A DNA stretch of 64,000 nt from Vicugna vicugna (lineage: Eukaryota), in assembly GCA_013265495.1 (NCBI GenBank), contig MU058213.1, positions 4,030,001 to 4,094,000 on the forward strand, in the 5' to 3' direction. This document shows positions 12,730-26,228 of this stretch, in pieces. The translations under genes and the position numbers were made by a program. Position 1 is the stretch's first letter. The number at the start of each line of letters is the position of its first letter. Under the pieces are notes generated by a model that made no database searches, had not been told where the DNA came from, and saw nothing but the letters and a program-made list of their open reading frames with translations.

Positions 12730-15700
12730 GTAAAATACATAAAACATAAAATTTACCATCTTAATCATTTTTAAAATGTACAATACAGTGGCATTAAATA
12801 CATTCAGATTGTTATGCAACCATCACCACCATCCATCTCCAAATTTTTTCATCCTGTAAAACTGAAATTCTACACACATCAAACAATAATTCCCCATTCT
12901 TCCCTCCCCCCCAGCCTCTGGCAACCACCACTATACTCTCTCTTTTGATTTTGATTGCTCTAAGTACCTCATATAAGTGAAATCATACAATATTTGTCTT
13001 CCTGTTGACTGGCTTACTTCATTAGCAAAATGTCCTCAAAGTTCATCCATATTGTAGAATTCCCTTCCTCCTTACAGCTGAATATTCCATGGTATGTATG
13101 TGCCACATTTTGCTTGTCCGTTCATCTACTGATGGACACTTGGTTTACTTCCAAGTTTTAGCTATTGTGAATAATGCTGCTACGAAAATTGGTGTACAAA
13201 TATCTCTTTGATTTTCTGCTTTCAATTCTTTTCAATAAACCCAAAAGTGGAATTGCTGGATCACATAATTTGTTTAAGGACTGCCACATTGCTGTAGAAT
13301 TTTACATTCCATCAATAGTACACAAGTGTTCCAATTTCTCCACATCATTGCCAACATTCATTTTGTTTTGTTTTGCTTTTGATAGTAGCCATCCTCATAG
13401 GTGTGAGGTGGTATCCCACTGCAATTTCAATTTGTATTTCTCTAATGATTAGTGATGTTGCACATCTTTTCATGTGCTTATTGGCCATTCAAACATTTTC
13501 TTTGGTGAAATGTCTGTTCAAGTCCTTTATCTATTTTTGAATTGGGCTGTTTATTTTTTTTTGAGTTTTAGGAATTCTCAATATAGTCTGGATATTAATC
13601 TCTTATCAGATATATGATTTACAACTATTTTACCCCATTCTATGGGTTGCCTTTTTATTCTCTGGATAGTGTATTAAATGTACAAAAAATTTAATTTGTG
13701 CAATTTGTCTATTTTTAAATTATCTGTGCCTTTGGTATAATAACCAAGAAATTACTTTTAATTTCAATGCCGTTAAGTTTTTGTCCTATGTTTTATTCTA
13801 AGAAGTTTTATCATTTTGGGTCTTACATTGTAAGTCCCTCATTAGTTTTGAGTTAATGTTTCTATACAGTGCTAGGTAAAAATCCAAGTCAATTATTTTG
13901 CACGTGGATATCCAGTTTTCCTAGCATCATTTATTGAAAAGACTTCTTTCCCCATTGTCTAGGCACCATTGTAAAAATCACTTGAACCTATAGACAAGGG
14001 TTTATTTCTGGGCTCTTTATTACATGCAATTAGTCCTGCAGTTTTCAAAACTACTTTGGCCATTTGAATTCCTCTGAGATTCCATATGTATTTTAGGATG
14101 AGCTTTTCTGTTTCTACAAAAAAAAAAAATCTTTGGGATTCTTGTGATTTCTTTGTAGGGACTGCAATAAAAACCTGTAGATTGCTTTGGGTAGTAATGG
14201 CATTTTAACAATATTAAGTCTTTCAACATATAAAGATGGAATCTCTTTCCATTTATTTGTCTTCTCTAATTTATTTCACTAGGTTTTATAGTTTCATTAT
14301 AGGAGTCTTTTGCCTCCTTAATTAAGTTAATTCCTAAGTATTTTCTTCTTTTGTTGCTATTGTGAATTGTTTTGTTTTTGTAATTTCCTTCTCGGATTGT
14401 TCATTATTTGTGTATAGAAGTGCAACTGATTTTTGTGTGTTCATTTTTGTATCCTGCTACTTTGCTGAATTAATTTTAGTCCTAATAGGGTTTTTGTGTG
14501 GAATCTCTGAGGTTTTCAACATATGAATATCATCTACTAACAGAGATAATTTTATTTCTTGTCCAATTTGGATGCTTTTTATCTCTTTTTCTTGACTGAC
14601 TGCTCTGGCTAGAACTTTCAGTAGTACCATGCTGAAAAGAAGTAGTAAAAGCAGGCATCCCTGTCTTGATCTTAGAGGAAATTCTTTTGGTCTTTAACCA
14701 TTGAATATGACGTTGGCTGTGGGTTTTTCATATGTGGCTTTGATTAGGTTGGAGTAGTTTCCTTCTACTTCTAGGTTGTTGAGCATTTTTATCTTGTGAG
14801 GGTGTTAAATTTTGTCAAATGCATTTTCTGCATCAATTGAGCTGATAATGTGGTTTTTATTGCTTCCTTTCCTTGATGTGTATTATTATACTAATCAATT
14901 TTCATATTTGGAACCATCCTGGGATTCCAGGAATGAATCCAATTTGTAGATGGTATATAATCCATTTAATATGCTGATGGATTCTGTTTGCTAATACTCC
15001 GTTGAGGGTTTTTTCATCAATGATCTTAAGGGATACTGGTCTGTAGTTTTATTTTCTTGTAGTGTTTTTTTGTCTGACTTTGGTATCAGGGTAATGCTGG
15101 CCTCACAGAATGAGTTAGGAAGTATTTCTTCCTCTTCAATTTTTGGAAGAGTTTGAAAGAATTGGTATTAGTTCTTATTTAGATGTTTGGTAGAATGCAT
15201 TGGAGAAGTCATCAGGGCAAGGGCTTTTCTTCATTCAGAGATTTTTTATCACTGATTCAGTCTCCTTCCTAGTTACAGGACTATTCAGATTTTCTATTTC
15301 TTCATGATTTAGTCTTCGTAGCAAGAGCAATTTGTCCATTTCGTGCAGTTTATCCAGTTTGCTGGCATACAGCTGTTCATAATACTCTCTTATGATCCCT
15401 TTTATTTCTATAGAATTGGTTGTAATTTTCCAGTTTTCTTTTATGATTTTAGTAATTTAAGCCTTCTCTCTTTTTAAGTCCTTCTGGCTAAACCTTCGTC
15501 AATTTTGTTGATCTTTGCAAGGAACCAACTTTTCATGGGTTTTCTCAGTTGCTTTTCTAGTCTCTATTTCATTTATTTCTGTACAAATCTTATTTCAGTC
15601 CTTCTGCCAGCTTTGGGTTTAGTTTGTTCTTCTTTTTCAAGTTCCTTAAGTTGTACAGTTAGGTTGCTGCTTCGAGACATCTTATTTTTTAATGTAAGCA

Positions 15701-18700
15701 TTTACAGCCATATATTTCCCCTTTAGTATCACTTTCATTGCATTCTGTAAGTTTTGGTATGTTGTGTTTTTGTTTTCACTCTTATCTAAGTATTTTCTAA
15801 TTTCTCATGTGATTTCTTCTTTGATTCATTGGTTGTTTTAAAGTATGTTGTTAAATTTCCACAATCTGGTGAATTTTTCAGTTTTCCTTTTATTACTGAT
15901 TTCTAATTTCAACCTGATGTGATCAGGGAAGATACTTTGTATGCCACCTATCTTTTAAAATCAACTGAGACTTAGTTTGTGGCTTACTATATGGTCTATC
16001 GTGGAAAATGTCCCAACTACACTTGGGAGAATGTGTATTTTGTTCTTGCTGGGTAGAGTGTTCTGTGTATGTGTGCAAAATCTAGTAGGTTTAAGTCCTC
16101 TAGGTCCTTACTTATGTCTGATTGTTCTATCAACTATTGTGAGTAGGGTACTGAAGCCTCCAGCTGTTACTATAGAATGGTCTAGTTTTCCCTTTAATTC
16201 CCTCAGTTTTTGCTTCATTTATCTTGGCGGTCTGTCTTTAGTAGTTTAACTTTTTAATTGTTCTATCTTCTTGCTGTATTACATTTTTATTAATATATAA
16301 TGCCTTTTTCTCTTGTAAGCTTTCTTGATTGAAAGTCTATTTTGTCTGATACTAGTAAAGCCATCCATGTTCTCTTTCGGTTACTATCTGCATGGACTGT
16401 TATACTATTTTTGTCCCTTCACTTTCAGCTTGTCTCTCTGAATTTCAAGTGAGTCTCTTGTAGACAGCATGTAGTTGGATCATGTGTTTTTATCCATTCT
16501 GCTTAGCTCTGTCTTTTGACTGGGAAGCTTAATCCATTTACATTTAAATTAACTACTGATAAGGGACTTATTTCTGTCATTGTACTATATGTCATGTTTT
16601 TGGCTCTCATTTCCTACATTACTGACTTCTTTTTTGTAATGATTTTTTTGGAGTGAAATGTTTCGATTCCTTTCTCATTTCCTTTAGTGTATACGCTGTA
16701 ACTATTTCCTTTATGGCTGCCATGAGGATTACATTTAACATCCTAATGTTACAACTCTCTAATTTGGATATATACCAGCTAACTTCAATAACATACAAAA
16801 AGTCTGTTCATATATAACCCATTTTGGTTGTTGATGTCATAAAGTTACATCTTTATTCATTGTGTACCCAAACATAAACTAATAATTATTCTAAATGCAT
16901 CAGCCTCCTAACTTACGTAGGAAATGAGATTTGGAGTTACAAACCAAAGTTACAGTAATACTAGCTTTTACACTAATAATTGTCTTTTTTTCCTTTAAAT
17001 TATTCATCTTTTAACTCATGTAGAAAACAAAAAGTACAGCTATAAACCACTGTTACAAAATACTAGCTTTCATAATTGCCCATGAACTTACCTTTACTGA
17101 GATCTTTATTTTGCCAGAGAGCTTTGAGTTACCATGTGATGTCCTTTCATTTCACCATTCAGGACTCCCTTGAGCATTTCTTGCAGGGCAGATCTAGTGG
17201 TCACCAACTCTTTCAGTTTTGTTTATATGAAGAATTCTTAATTTCTCTCTAATTTTTGAAGGACAGTAGTGCTGGAAATAGGATTCTTGATTTTATTTTT
17301 TTCTTTTAGCACTTTAAATATATTGATCCACTGCCTGTTGGCCTCCAAAGTTTCTGATGAGAAATCTCTTCTGATGAGAAATCTCTTCTGAAGAGATTTC
17401 TCTGATGAGAAAATGTGGATAATTTTACTGAGAATCCCTTGTATGTGATAATTCACTTCTCTCTTGCTGCTTTCAAGAGTCACTTTATCTAATGAAAGTT
17501 TGATTACAAAATGCCTCAGCATGGGTCTCTGAGTTAATCTTACTTGGAGTTCTTTGTGCTTTCTGAAAGTTTATATTCATGTATTTTATCAAATTGGGGA
17601 AGTCTGCAGTCATTATTTCTTCAATTATTCTCTCTGCCCCTTTCTCTCTTCTTCTTCCGGGACTCTCATGATATGTATGTTGGTTTGCTTAATGGTCTCC
17701 TACAGTTCCCTTAGGCTTTGTTCACTTTTTTTTTATCTTTTTTTTTTTTCCTGTTCCTCAAACTCAGTAATTTCCACTGTCTTATCTTCAAGTTTGCAGA
17801 TTCTTTCTTCTGTCTGCTCAAACTTGCCTTTGAATCCCTCTACCGAATTTTTCATTTTCAGTTATTGCATATCTCATTTCCAGACTTTCTTTCTGGTCTC
17901 TTTGTAGGTTTTCTTTCCTTTTATTTATGTTTCCATTTTGTTCACATACTGTTTCCTTGACTTTCTCCACATACTCTGGACATCTTTAGGACAGTTGTTT
18001 TAAAGTCTTTGTCTAATATATCTGCCATTATGTCTTTTTTTTTCAGGAATAGTTTCTGTTGATTTTTTCTTTTAAAAGGCTATCTTTCCTGGTTTCTTTG
18101 TATGCCTTCTGATTTTTTGTTGAACATTGGACATTTGGATCTAATAATGCAGTAACTCTGTGGGAATTAGATTCTCTCCCTTCCCCAGCATTTGCTGGCT
18201 TTGTTTATTTTTATTTTATTTTTTATTTTTATTGTTGTAGGCTGTCTCTGTTTCCAGATCAGCCTGAGGTATAAACTTAAGGTCTTCTCATGTCTTTTCT
18301 GGTACTTTCCCTGGGCATATGCAATCACTAATTTTACCCATATATAGTTGTTTTTGAATGTGCTAGTCTTTAATGTCTGGCTCCTGAAAGGGGAAAAAGT
18401 GAAAAATGAGGAAGAAAAAGGGCTGTCCCTTTAAATTTCCTGAAAGTCAATTGTGCTGGAGGGGGAGGGGCTTGCAACAATGGGGGAAGGTGCAGCAATA
18501 ATGTCTGCATTATGTCCACTTCTTTGTATGCAACTCTGATAAGAAACAGCAATCACCGAGAAGAGCACAGATACCCAATACCTGGAGGACAAGGTCTTTT
18601 TTGGCTCACCCTGGCTCCCATAAGTCGTGTGCATACTGCTCCAGGAACATGGGCACAGCTGCCTGTCACATGGCTGCTACAGTGCTAAGTGCTCAAATTA

Positions 18701-18878
18701 ACTGAAATTAAAGGCAATTTACCCTCCAGGTCTTCATCTGGAAGTTGCAATCCTTCAACAGACTTCAGAACTCCAAAAGAGTTTTATCAGTGAGATTTTG
18801 CCAGTGTAACTGTTGTCTAGGTGGGGAGACAGATTCCTGGTGCTTCCTACTATGCCATCTTCCTAGAATCATCCTCTC
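12730..18878 (-). mobile_element. Near full-length (~6.1 kb) degraded L1MB-type LINE-1
   Basis: 3' UTR aaaatttaccatctta...caaccatcaccaccatccatctcc; ORF2 remnants ~13400-16600; ORF1 remnants ~17200-18100 (ORF 17238-17522 reads ...DFSSETLEANRQWINIFKVLKEK); 5' end gccatcttcctagaatc. Confidence 0.9.
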
Positions 18879-19014
18879 TGTGTATTTTAAAATGTTTTCT
18901 CCCAGAACATTAAAGTACTTGAAAAATGTTGAAAAATTGAAAAGCAGATATATTAAACTTACAACAGTAGTTTAAGATTAAACATTTTATGCCCACCAAA
19001 ACCAGAATTCATTA

Positions 19015-21150
19015 TCATTTTACTTTACTGGCATTAATGGAAGCAAGCACATTAATAATACTTAGAAAATCTAATTCTTTTCTTGTTTTCAAATAAGTAT
19101 ATTACCATGTTTGCCAATTTTTCTTGTCCAAGTGAAAATTTTAAATAATGTAATATTAACTTTAGCTTACTGAAACTTCTTTTCCAGGATGCTACTGTGG
19201 CTGATATTGTTTTAAAATTCTGAATACCATTCTGCTAATCAGTTTTAGAAGACCAAAACATAATGTTCATATTGTATCACAATTTATTGATTCTGTATGC
19301 TGCTTTTAACTATTCCACATGAAATTTCTCTGGAACCTACATTGTCAGAATATTTAAGAACTGAGTCACTAGCTGATTTTTGTAAATCAGATGTAATTTA
19401 TAGGAAATAACTTTTCTCATTTAAAAATCTGAAGACATTTCATTTAATTTTTCATATATCTATTTCAAATATGAAGTTAGGGCATTTATGACCTTAATAT
19501 CTATTTGATAAGCACTTTTCCCATAAATATCAATACTCTCAGTGGATTCATGCATTTCCAATATCTTTTCTTTTTCACTTATTTTCAAATTCAGTAAGAA
19601 TATTCATATCTCTTGCCCAAATTTTACATTTATTGAACACACCTTCAAAATTATTTTCTCTCATTTGTGGTAAGCAAAGGAATAGGATTTTTATTACACA
19701 TGCAGCTTTATATAAGGTCATGTTTTCTGATTGTAAAGCTTTATCAAACTTTTGCCACTTTGTTCAAAATATCATCCCATATAATTTGTGTAAAAAACTG
19801 TAATATATTTGTACCAAGATGCTTTTAAACTCAGCATAATGTATTTTGACTTTTGATATTGTATCTTTTCATATCTGATAAACATCTTTAATTTGTGTGC
19901 AGTGTCTTGATTGCATTTAATCTTGATGCCCGTCAGGTATCTGCATGTGATTTTAGTGTTGTTTTAGAATTGACAAGAATATTCCATCTGCTCACTGAAT
20001 TATCTCACTCCCAAAATATGCATCCTTTGTACACTACTAAAAAAGATATTTGAATTCACAGATGCAGCATTTTTTACATTAACTTATGTTATGAGCTGAG
20101 CAAAGCACAAATTTGGCATAATTATTTTGGGGGAGAAATATTGGCTTGTACAATCTTGTATACATCTGCCATATCTACTCCATTATCATATTCTGATTTG
20201 GATAATTTTTTTACATAAATATCTTCTCTTTCTAACTTATTAGTAATCTCATAAGCTAAACCGTATCTATCTAGTCTTTTTTTAAAATAACAACTTTACT
20301 GAAATATAATGATCCACTTTCTCTTTTCAATTAAGTGAAAACTTTCTACTCTTGCGATGACATCATTCTTAATGTAAACATACCTAGTAATCATAAACAT
20401 TCATGCATGATGTACTATAACTGGTTTATAATCAAAAAGCAAGGAAAAGTATTGTGCTTCCTTTATTCTCAGTAGTATCTCGGATTTAACATGATTTGCT
20501 AAGAACATTAGAAATTTGTTTTGAATTATACGAGACAAATAAAACAGTATTTTTAATGATGAGCTATATGATTATAATGTCTTTAGTTCAGCTGAACTTA
20601 GAAACATTCCAGCATCTGGACTTTCAGTACTTTCTTGTGATCCTTTGAGAGATAAATTATTTTTGCACAAAATATACAATATGTAAAATCACTCACATAT
20701 TTTTTGTCACATTCTGTAAAGCATCATCTATTAAACTATCAGTTTGAATATACACTTAAAAAAAACTTTCATTTTAAAAAAGCATCATGATGAAATGAGA
20801 TTTTCATGATCACAAATTCTGTTCAAAGTTTTCCAGTCTTTGAAACAAATTTTGAGTTGCAAAATAATGACTCTTGTATTTTTGCTAAAAAGAATGCACA
20901 GGAAACAAAACAAAGACAAGGATTCTTTGGAATAAATGAGCCAATCATAATGAATCAACTCACCACTAGACTATTTCTTAAAAGATCCATCTTTTGAAAA
21001 TCTTCGTCCAGCCTTTGAAACACATCTAAAATCTGCACCTTATCTTGGCAAAGGCCCACACTCTATTGAAACCATTTTTACTTTATTAGAAATAGGTGTC
21101 CCTGATGAGGAATTAAAAATTTAGTTCAAATGGCATCTTCTTATTTTCTT
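19015..21150 (-). mobile_element. Fossil hAT (Tip100/Zaphod/ZMYM1-like) transposase ORF, disabled
   Basis: Collinear hand-translated motifs: DWLIYSKESLSLFCFLCILFSK (20881-20946), YLSRIIQNKFL...IKEAQYFSLLFD (20431-20541), YDNGVDMA (~20190), KFVLCSAHN (~20100), LKSHADT*RASRLNAI (~19940), TVASWKRSFSKLKLILHYLKFSLGQEKL (~19115-19200); stop at 19015-19017. Confidence 0.88.
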
Positions 21151-22049
21151 GTACATGTATACATTAGCTTCTGAAATTTCTAATGTTTCATTTTCTTATA
21201 TTTAACTCACAATTCAAAGAAAATTCTTTATCTCTACATTTCATAGTAATTCTATTCTAATAGTGTCAATGTTAGAGATTTCATTTTAAGTAGCTGGAAT
21301 TTTTTTCCTACGCAAACCTGTTTGTGTCTCCTACAATTCTGATCAATTTCTGCATGTATTTTTCTTCTTCTTTAAACAATGGACTACTTGACTGTTTAGA
21401 TTTCATATTTATTTTTAAGAATTTTAGTATAAATTTTAAATATATTTTAAATTAATATATTCAGTTTAATATACTGACTTTGTTATTATAGTATGACTTT
21501 ATGTGACTTAACTTAATTCATATAAAGTATATTTAACAGAGGTCTAAATCAATATTTGTATAAAAATATGAAAATCAGTAATTAAAAACAGCAGAAAACT
21601 ACATACCAGGTTTTTAGACCAATGTAGTGAAAAACAAGTAGTGAAAAATATATTTTACATAAGTACGTGAGTAACAGTAAATTATAACTCTTTTAAGTGA
21701 AGAAAGTATAAAGTTCCCTGGTAAGAAAATACTTTTTCAGGAAATTTTGGCATTTCATCAAATTTCATTTGTGAAAGGTCAAATATATTAATAAACAAAA
21801 TTTGTATTACATAACTTGGTGCTCTTAATAATATTATAAAAATCACATAAGCATGTATGCATAATTAAATAAAACTTTCTCTTTCACTTAGCAATACTAT
21901 GGATTGAAACTACAAACAATGAAAACAACTTGTCACCTTTCTTCATGACTAAAAAGGATCATTAGAAAAAAAACAGCAAGTGAGAGACTCAGCTCATTGT
22001 GCTTGTGTCCCCCATGTGTATGACTCTCAGGATTATACAAGAGTAGGGC

Positions 22050-22225
22050 TGGAGCCTGTCTTTAATTAAAATTTTGAAATTATGTTCGTCACAGATTACT
22101 CTGCATTAGTTTTGATTTTTATAAATATTAAATGAAATTATTTACCTCATTACTGAATTTTTTGAAGCCCCCTTAAATCTCCTGCCAGACGTGAGACTTC
22201 ATTTGCCTCACTAATTCTGGCCCTG
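22050..22225. mobile_element. MER96B-like hAT terminal arm
   Basis: cctgtctttaattaaaattttg...cccccttaaat...tgcctcactaattctggccctg resembles the MER96B arm (recalled). Confidence 0.7.
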
Positions 22226-23699
22226 GCTTGGATGCTGGGGAGAAAGAGGAAAGTATGCATGGTGGTCTAGAGAAGTAAATTTTAATACTGTACCAGTCAG
22301 TCATAGTGTCAAAAAAAAGACAAATTAATAAAATATGGTTATATTATTTAGAAACATGGAGATAAATATTAGCTCAAACAGCTAAAAGAGTTGAAAATGG
22401 CTGCCTCTAAAGAGTTGGATGAAAAAGGGTGAGGGAGATGAATCACTACTTTTATGATAAACTATCTGCACAAATTTTTTAACTTTTATTTTGACAAAAA
22501 GTAATTCTACAAGGTCTGAAATCCTCAAGATCTGAAAAAGTTACAAAGCAAAAAGCAAAGAAAATATAACAAAAAACAAAAATAAAAACCTTAGGGATTC
22601 TTTATGGATGGCCCAAATAGCATTATAGGAATAAAAACTAGAGTTAGTTTCACACCTCATTAATGAAATCACAGGGATCCTCTATTTTGCATATGGTGTA
22701 TATGTTTGAACTGAGAAAAGAATCTTTAAAAAGAGAGGAAAACACCATAAAGTCACCCTAAGGGGACTCCTGTGTGTATCTACCATACTTGATAAACTTG
22801 GAATATGTAGTTATCTTACTGGATTACAATTCTTTCATCTAGTTGTCCTACTAGATTTTGGCCACTTTGGGGATAGGGAAATAATTTTATTAATCTTTGT
22901 TCCCAACACAAAGATTCCTGGAACATGTTATCAAGTGTCCCCTAATGGCCAGGCGAGGAAGCAAGGAAAGAGCAAGGCATCTGCACATACTTCCTCTCTC
23001 TCACCTCCCTATTTAGTTACAATGCAACTACACTAGCCGAGACCAAAGGGGAAGAGTCATGGTGCATATATCTATCTATATCTATATAGTTAGCAAACAA
23101 AAGCAGTAGAATGTTGCAGTGTACAGAATATACATAGTAGAAGACCAGAGGCTGTTTTAGAAGTAGACTATATTAATATGAATTCCAAATACAATCCAGT
23201 ATATGAAAGGAATTAAGTTTGAAGGAGGAAATGTAAAACCATACAAATGAAAAAGTGGTAATAGGAAAATATTATTGGGGTATGATAACATTGATTTTAC
23301 TACAATGCATCTGATCAACCTCTTGAAGATTAATTCAAGCTATCCACCATATCACATGTGTTCTTAAAACAAACACCTGTATCTATTCAAGGGACTATCC
23401 ACACCACATTTATACTTGAAATAGCCCAGGCCAAGATTGTTTTATGTGGCCTTGCATTCAATATGGCTTCTCTTAACTCTGCTTATGGCTTGCTAAATTT
23501 TTAGCATAAGCCTTTTTTCTTTTAACAAAAAATAAACTTAAGAAAGTTGGTTTATGTAACCAACTGGTTTTACTTGACACAGATGAAACAAAGCAATCAA
23601 AGGAAAGTAAGAGTTTGATGATTTATTCAAGAATGACTGCATCAAGAAAGAATCAATGGGCAATGTCATGAAATGATGAATTCACAAATCTTCTTCATG

Positions 23700-25500
23700 T
23701 CCATGCCTTTACATATTTGGAAAAAAGACAGGCAAACCCTGCTGCCCCCAGTGTATAAGGACCAACTGTGGCTGGGTGACAGAAGAAAACATTTCTATTC
23801 TCAAGACCCACAGACACAGAGCCAGCTTAAGAGCCTCAGAACAACAGACAACATCACCACAATTCCCATTGCCTACCACTAGGCCAGCAAACACCAAATA
23901 ACAAGCAACAGCAGTACTGCTAGAAGAAAGGCAAGTGTGCAGAGAGAGAGAGACAACCTCTGTGGTTCAGTCTCACAAGGAAAGACTAAAACTGAGAGTT
24001 GAGCAAGGACACACACACAAAAAAACCTCCAGCAATGCAACTCCTATCCTACACACAAGGAAACAGTACAGGAATTGAACCTGGTGGTATATAAAGGGTA
24101 ACCACAGTGATTGAAAAACCAAAACCCAAATCAACTCACTACTATGTGGACCCAAATCCCACACTAATAGCCTAACATGAGAAAAGGTATGTCCATTTTC
24201 AGCTATTAATACTGTTGATCTCAGTCCCACATATAATGTCTTGCTTTCAATCAAACATACACAGAAAAAGCAGGAATGGGGGGAAATACATTGTCAGGGG
24301 ATAAAATAATCAGCAGAACCACTTAGTTATAACCCAGCTGTTAGAACTATCAGACAGAAAATTTTAAATGACTATGATTAATATGTTAAATGCTTTGGTA
24401 GAAAAAGAAGCACAATGACAGAGATTAAAAGATGTTTTGATGGGTTCACCAGTAAATCTGACACAACTGAAAGATCAATCAGTAAACAGGCCAATAGATA
24501 GGGTTTACCCAAACTGAAACTCAAAAGAAAAAAAAAGAGTGCAGGGGGAGGAGGGAGTGAGGAGACTAGAACAGGCCATCTAAGAATAGGGAATAACATC
24601 AAATGGTAAAACATACGTGTAATTGGAAGCCCAGAGTAGAAGACACAAGGCAAGTAAGAATACCAATCAGAATGAATGTCAAAAATAAATATACAAATAA
24701 ACATAGATAAACATATAAATAAACAAATGAACAAACCAGACTCAGACACATCATATTCAAACCGATAAAGACTAAAGACAAAGACAAAAACTTGAGGGCA
24801 ACCAAAGAAAATTGACACATTACATACATATACAGAAACAAAGATAAAAATTACAGTAAGACATCGTGTCAGAAAATATGTAAGCCAAAAGACAATTTCT
24901 TTAAATGGGTGAAAGAAAAGTCAACCCAGAATTCTGTACTCACCAAAAACAACTTTCAAAAATGAAAAACAGAGATTTTTTTTGAAGGAAAAAGCATGCA
25001 AGAAGTAATTACTAGTAGATCTGCAACATGAGATATTTCAAAGGAAGTTGTTTAGGCAAAAGGAATATGATACTTGATGGAATCTGAGAGCTACAAAAAG
25101 AAATGAAAAACACTAGAAATGGTGAAAATGAAGTTGGATATAAAATGTCTTAAGTATTTAACTGCTCTAAAAATGACTATTAAAAACAAAAATGGTAACA
25201 CTGTATTCTGTCTTTATAACCTAAGTAAAAGTAAAATATATGACAACATTAGAAACAAAAAAGAACACACAAACTATCAACATAAGGAATGAAAGAGGAC
25301 TCACTGTAGAACCCACAGACATTAAAAGAATAAGGTAATACTACAAACAACTCTATACATACAAATTCAGTATCTCAGATGAAATGTACCAATTCCTCAA
25401 AACCCACAAACACCAAAACTCACCCAAGAATAAACAGTTAACTAAGAAATCCTATGTCTGTTAAAGACACTTATTTATAATTCAAAATCTGTCAAAGGAA
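23700..25500 (+). mobile_element. Old L1M (L1MD/ME-like) 5' UTR, ORF1 and ORF2 fragments
   Basis: gttagaactatcagacagaaaattttaaatgactatgattaatatgttaaa, caacccagaattctgtac, gaaatgtaccaattcctcaaaa. Confidence 0.75.
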
Positions 25501-26182
25501 AACTTTCTGTGGGATAACAGAAAGCCACTCGGGAGAAGGCTATACTCCTCTCTCGGTTTCACTTATTCACTGTACAAGGTAGAAATGCTATTCAAAAGAT
25601 AAATGCTGGACCTGTCTCATTTCATCATACTCAGAAAGAGACAGGTAGTATTAAGCAATATTTTTAAACTGACATCAAGAAAGCAAGTACTTAAGCAAAA
25701 TTATTTCTATACTCATTGATTAGACCTTGAGTGTTATATTCAAAGTGTCTGTTTAGGATAGCTAAACCATATTAAATACATATTCAAAATATTTACATTT
25801 TAAAAATTATTTAAATCTTTGTGAAGAGCCCCAGAAAATAAAATTTTCTAGAAAGATTAATTTCCCAGTGTGTCAGATGTTTGATGCTTCAATGATTTCA
25901 GGATTTTTAAGTAATAAATTTATCTCCATTACTAACTAGTTGAACTAAATAATAAGCAAGTGAAATATATGATATTTTTGTCAAAATAAAACACTTTACA
26001 ATTTTACATAATTATGGTTAGATATTTTTAAAATAATTAAAACAAAATTACAATTTTTTTCTTTCTGATAACATGCCAATAATTGTTAGTGATATATGCA
26101 CATTGAGCTGTTTTAAAAATCACACCAACAATACTTTCAAATGTACAAACTTTTAAGAGGTACGAAATATTACAAAATTTAC

Positions 26183-26228
26183 CTCAGACACAGGTTCTTG
26201 TTCCTTATTGGCAGCTTCATTTTTCAAT
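26183..26228 (-). CDS. ZNF280D: ZNF280D coding exon (LKNEAANKEQEPVSE)
   Basis: Acceptor ttttcaag|A, donor GAG|gtaaat; 46 nt; phase 2 to 0. Confidence 0.93.

Noticed and set aside
13174..18975. Many 60-117 aa ORFs, some hydrophobic and membrane-like
   Set aside because: Antisense or residual frames of the degraded L1MB element.
21090..21125. Acceptor-like ttaattcctcatcag|G at the start of the hAT transposase
   Set aside because: The transposase-like frame (...NSSSGTPISNKVKMVSIECGP) runs straight through it and the downstream ORF has many stops, so there is no support for a functional fusion exon.
23673..24841. Phe/Leu-rich ORFs up to 146 aa
   Set aside because: Antisense of A-rich L1 ORF1 remnants.
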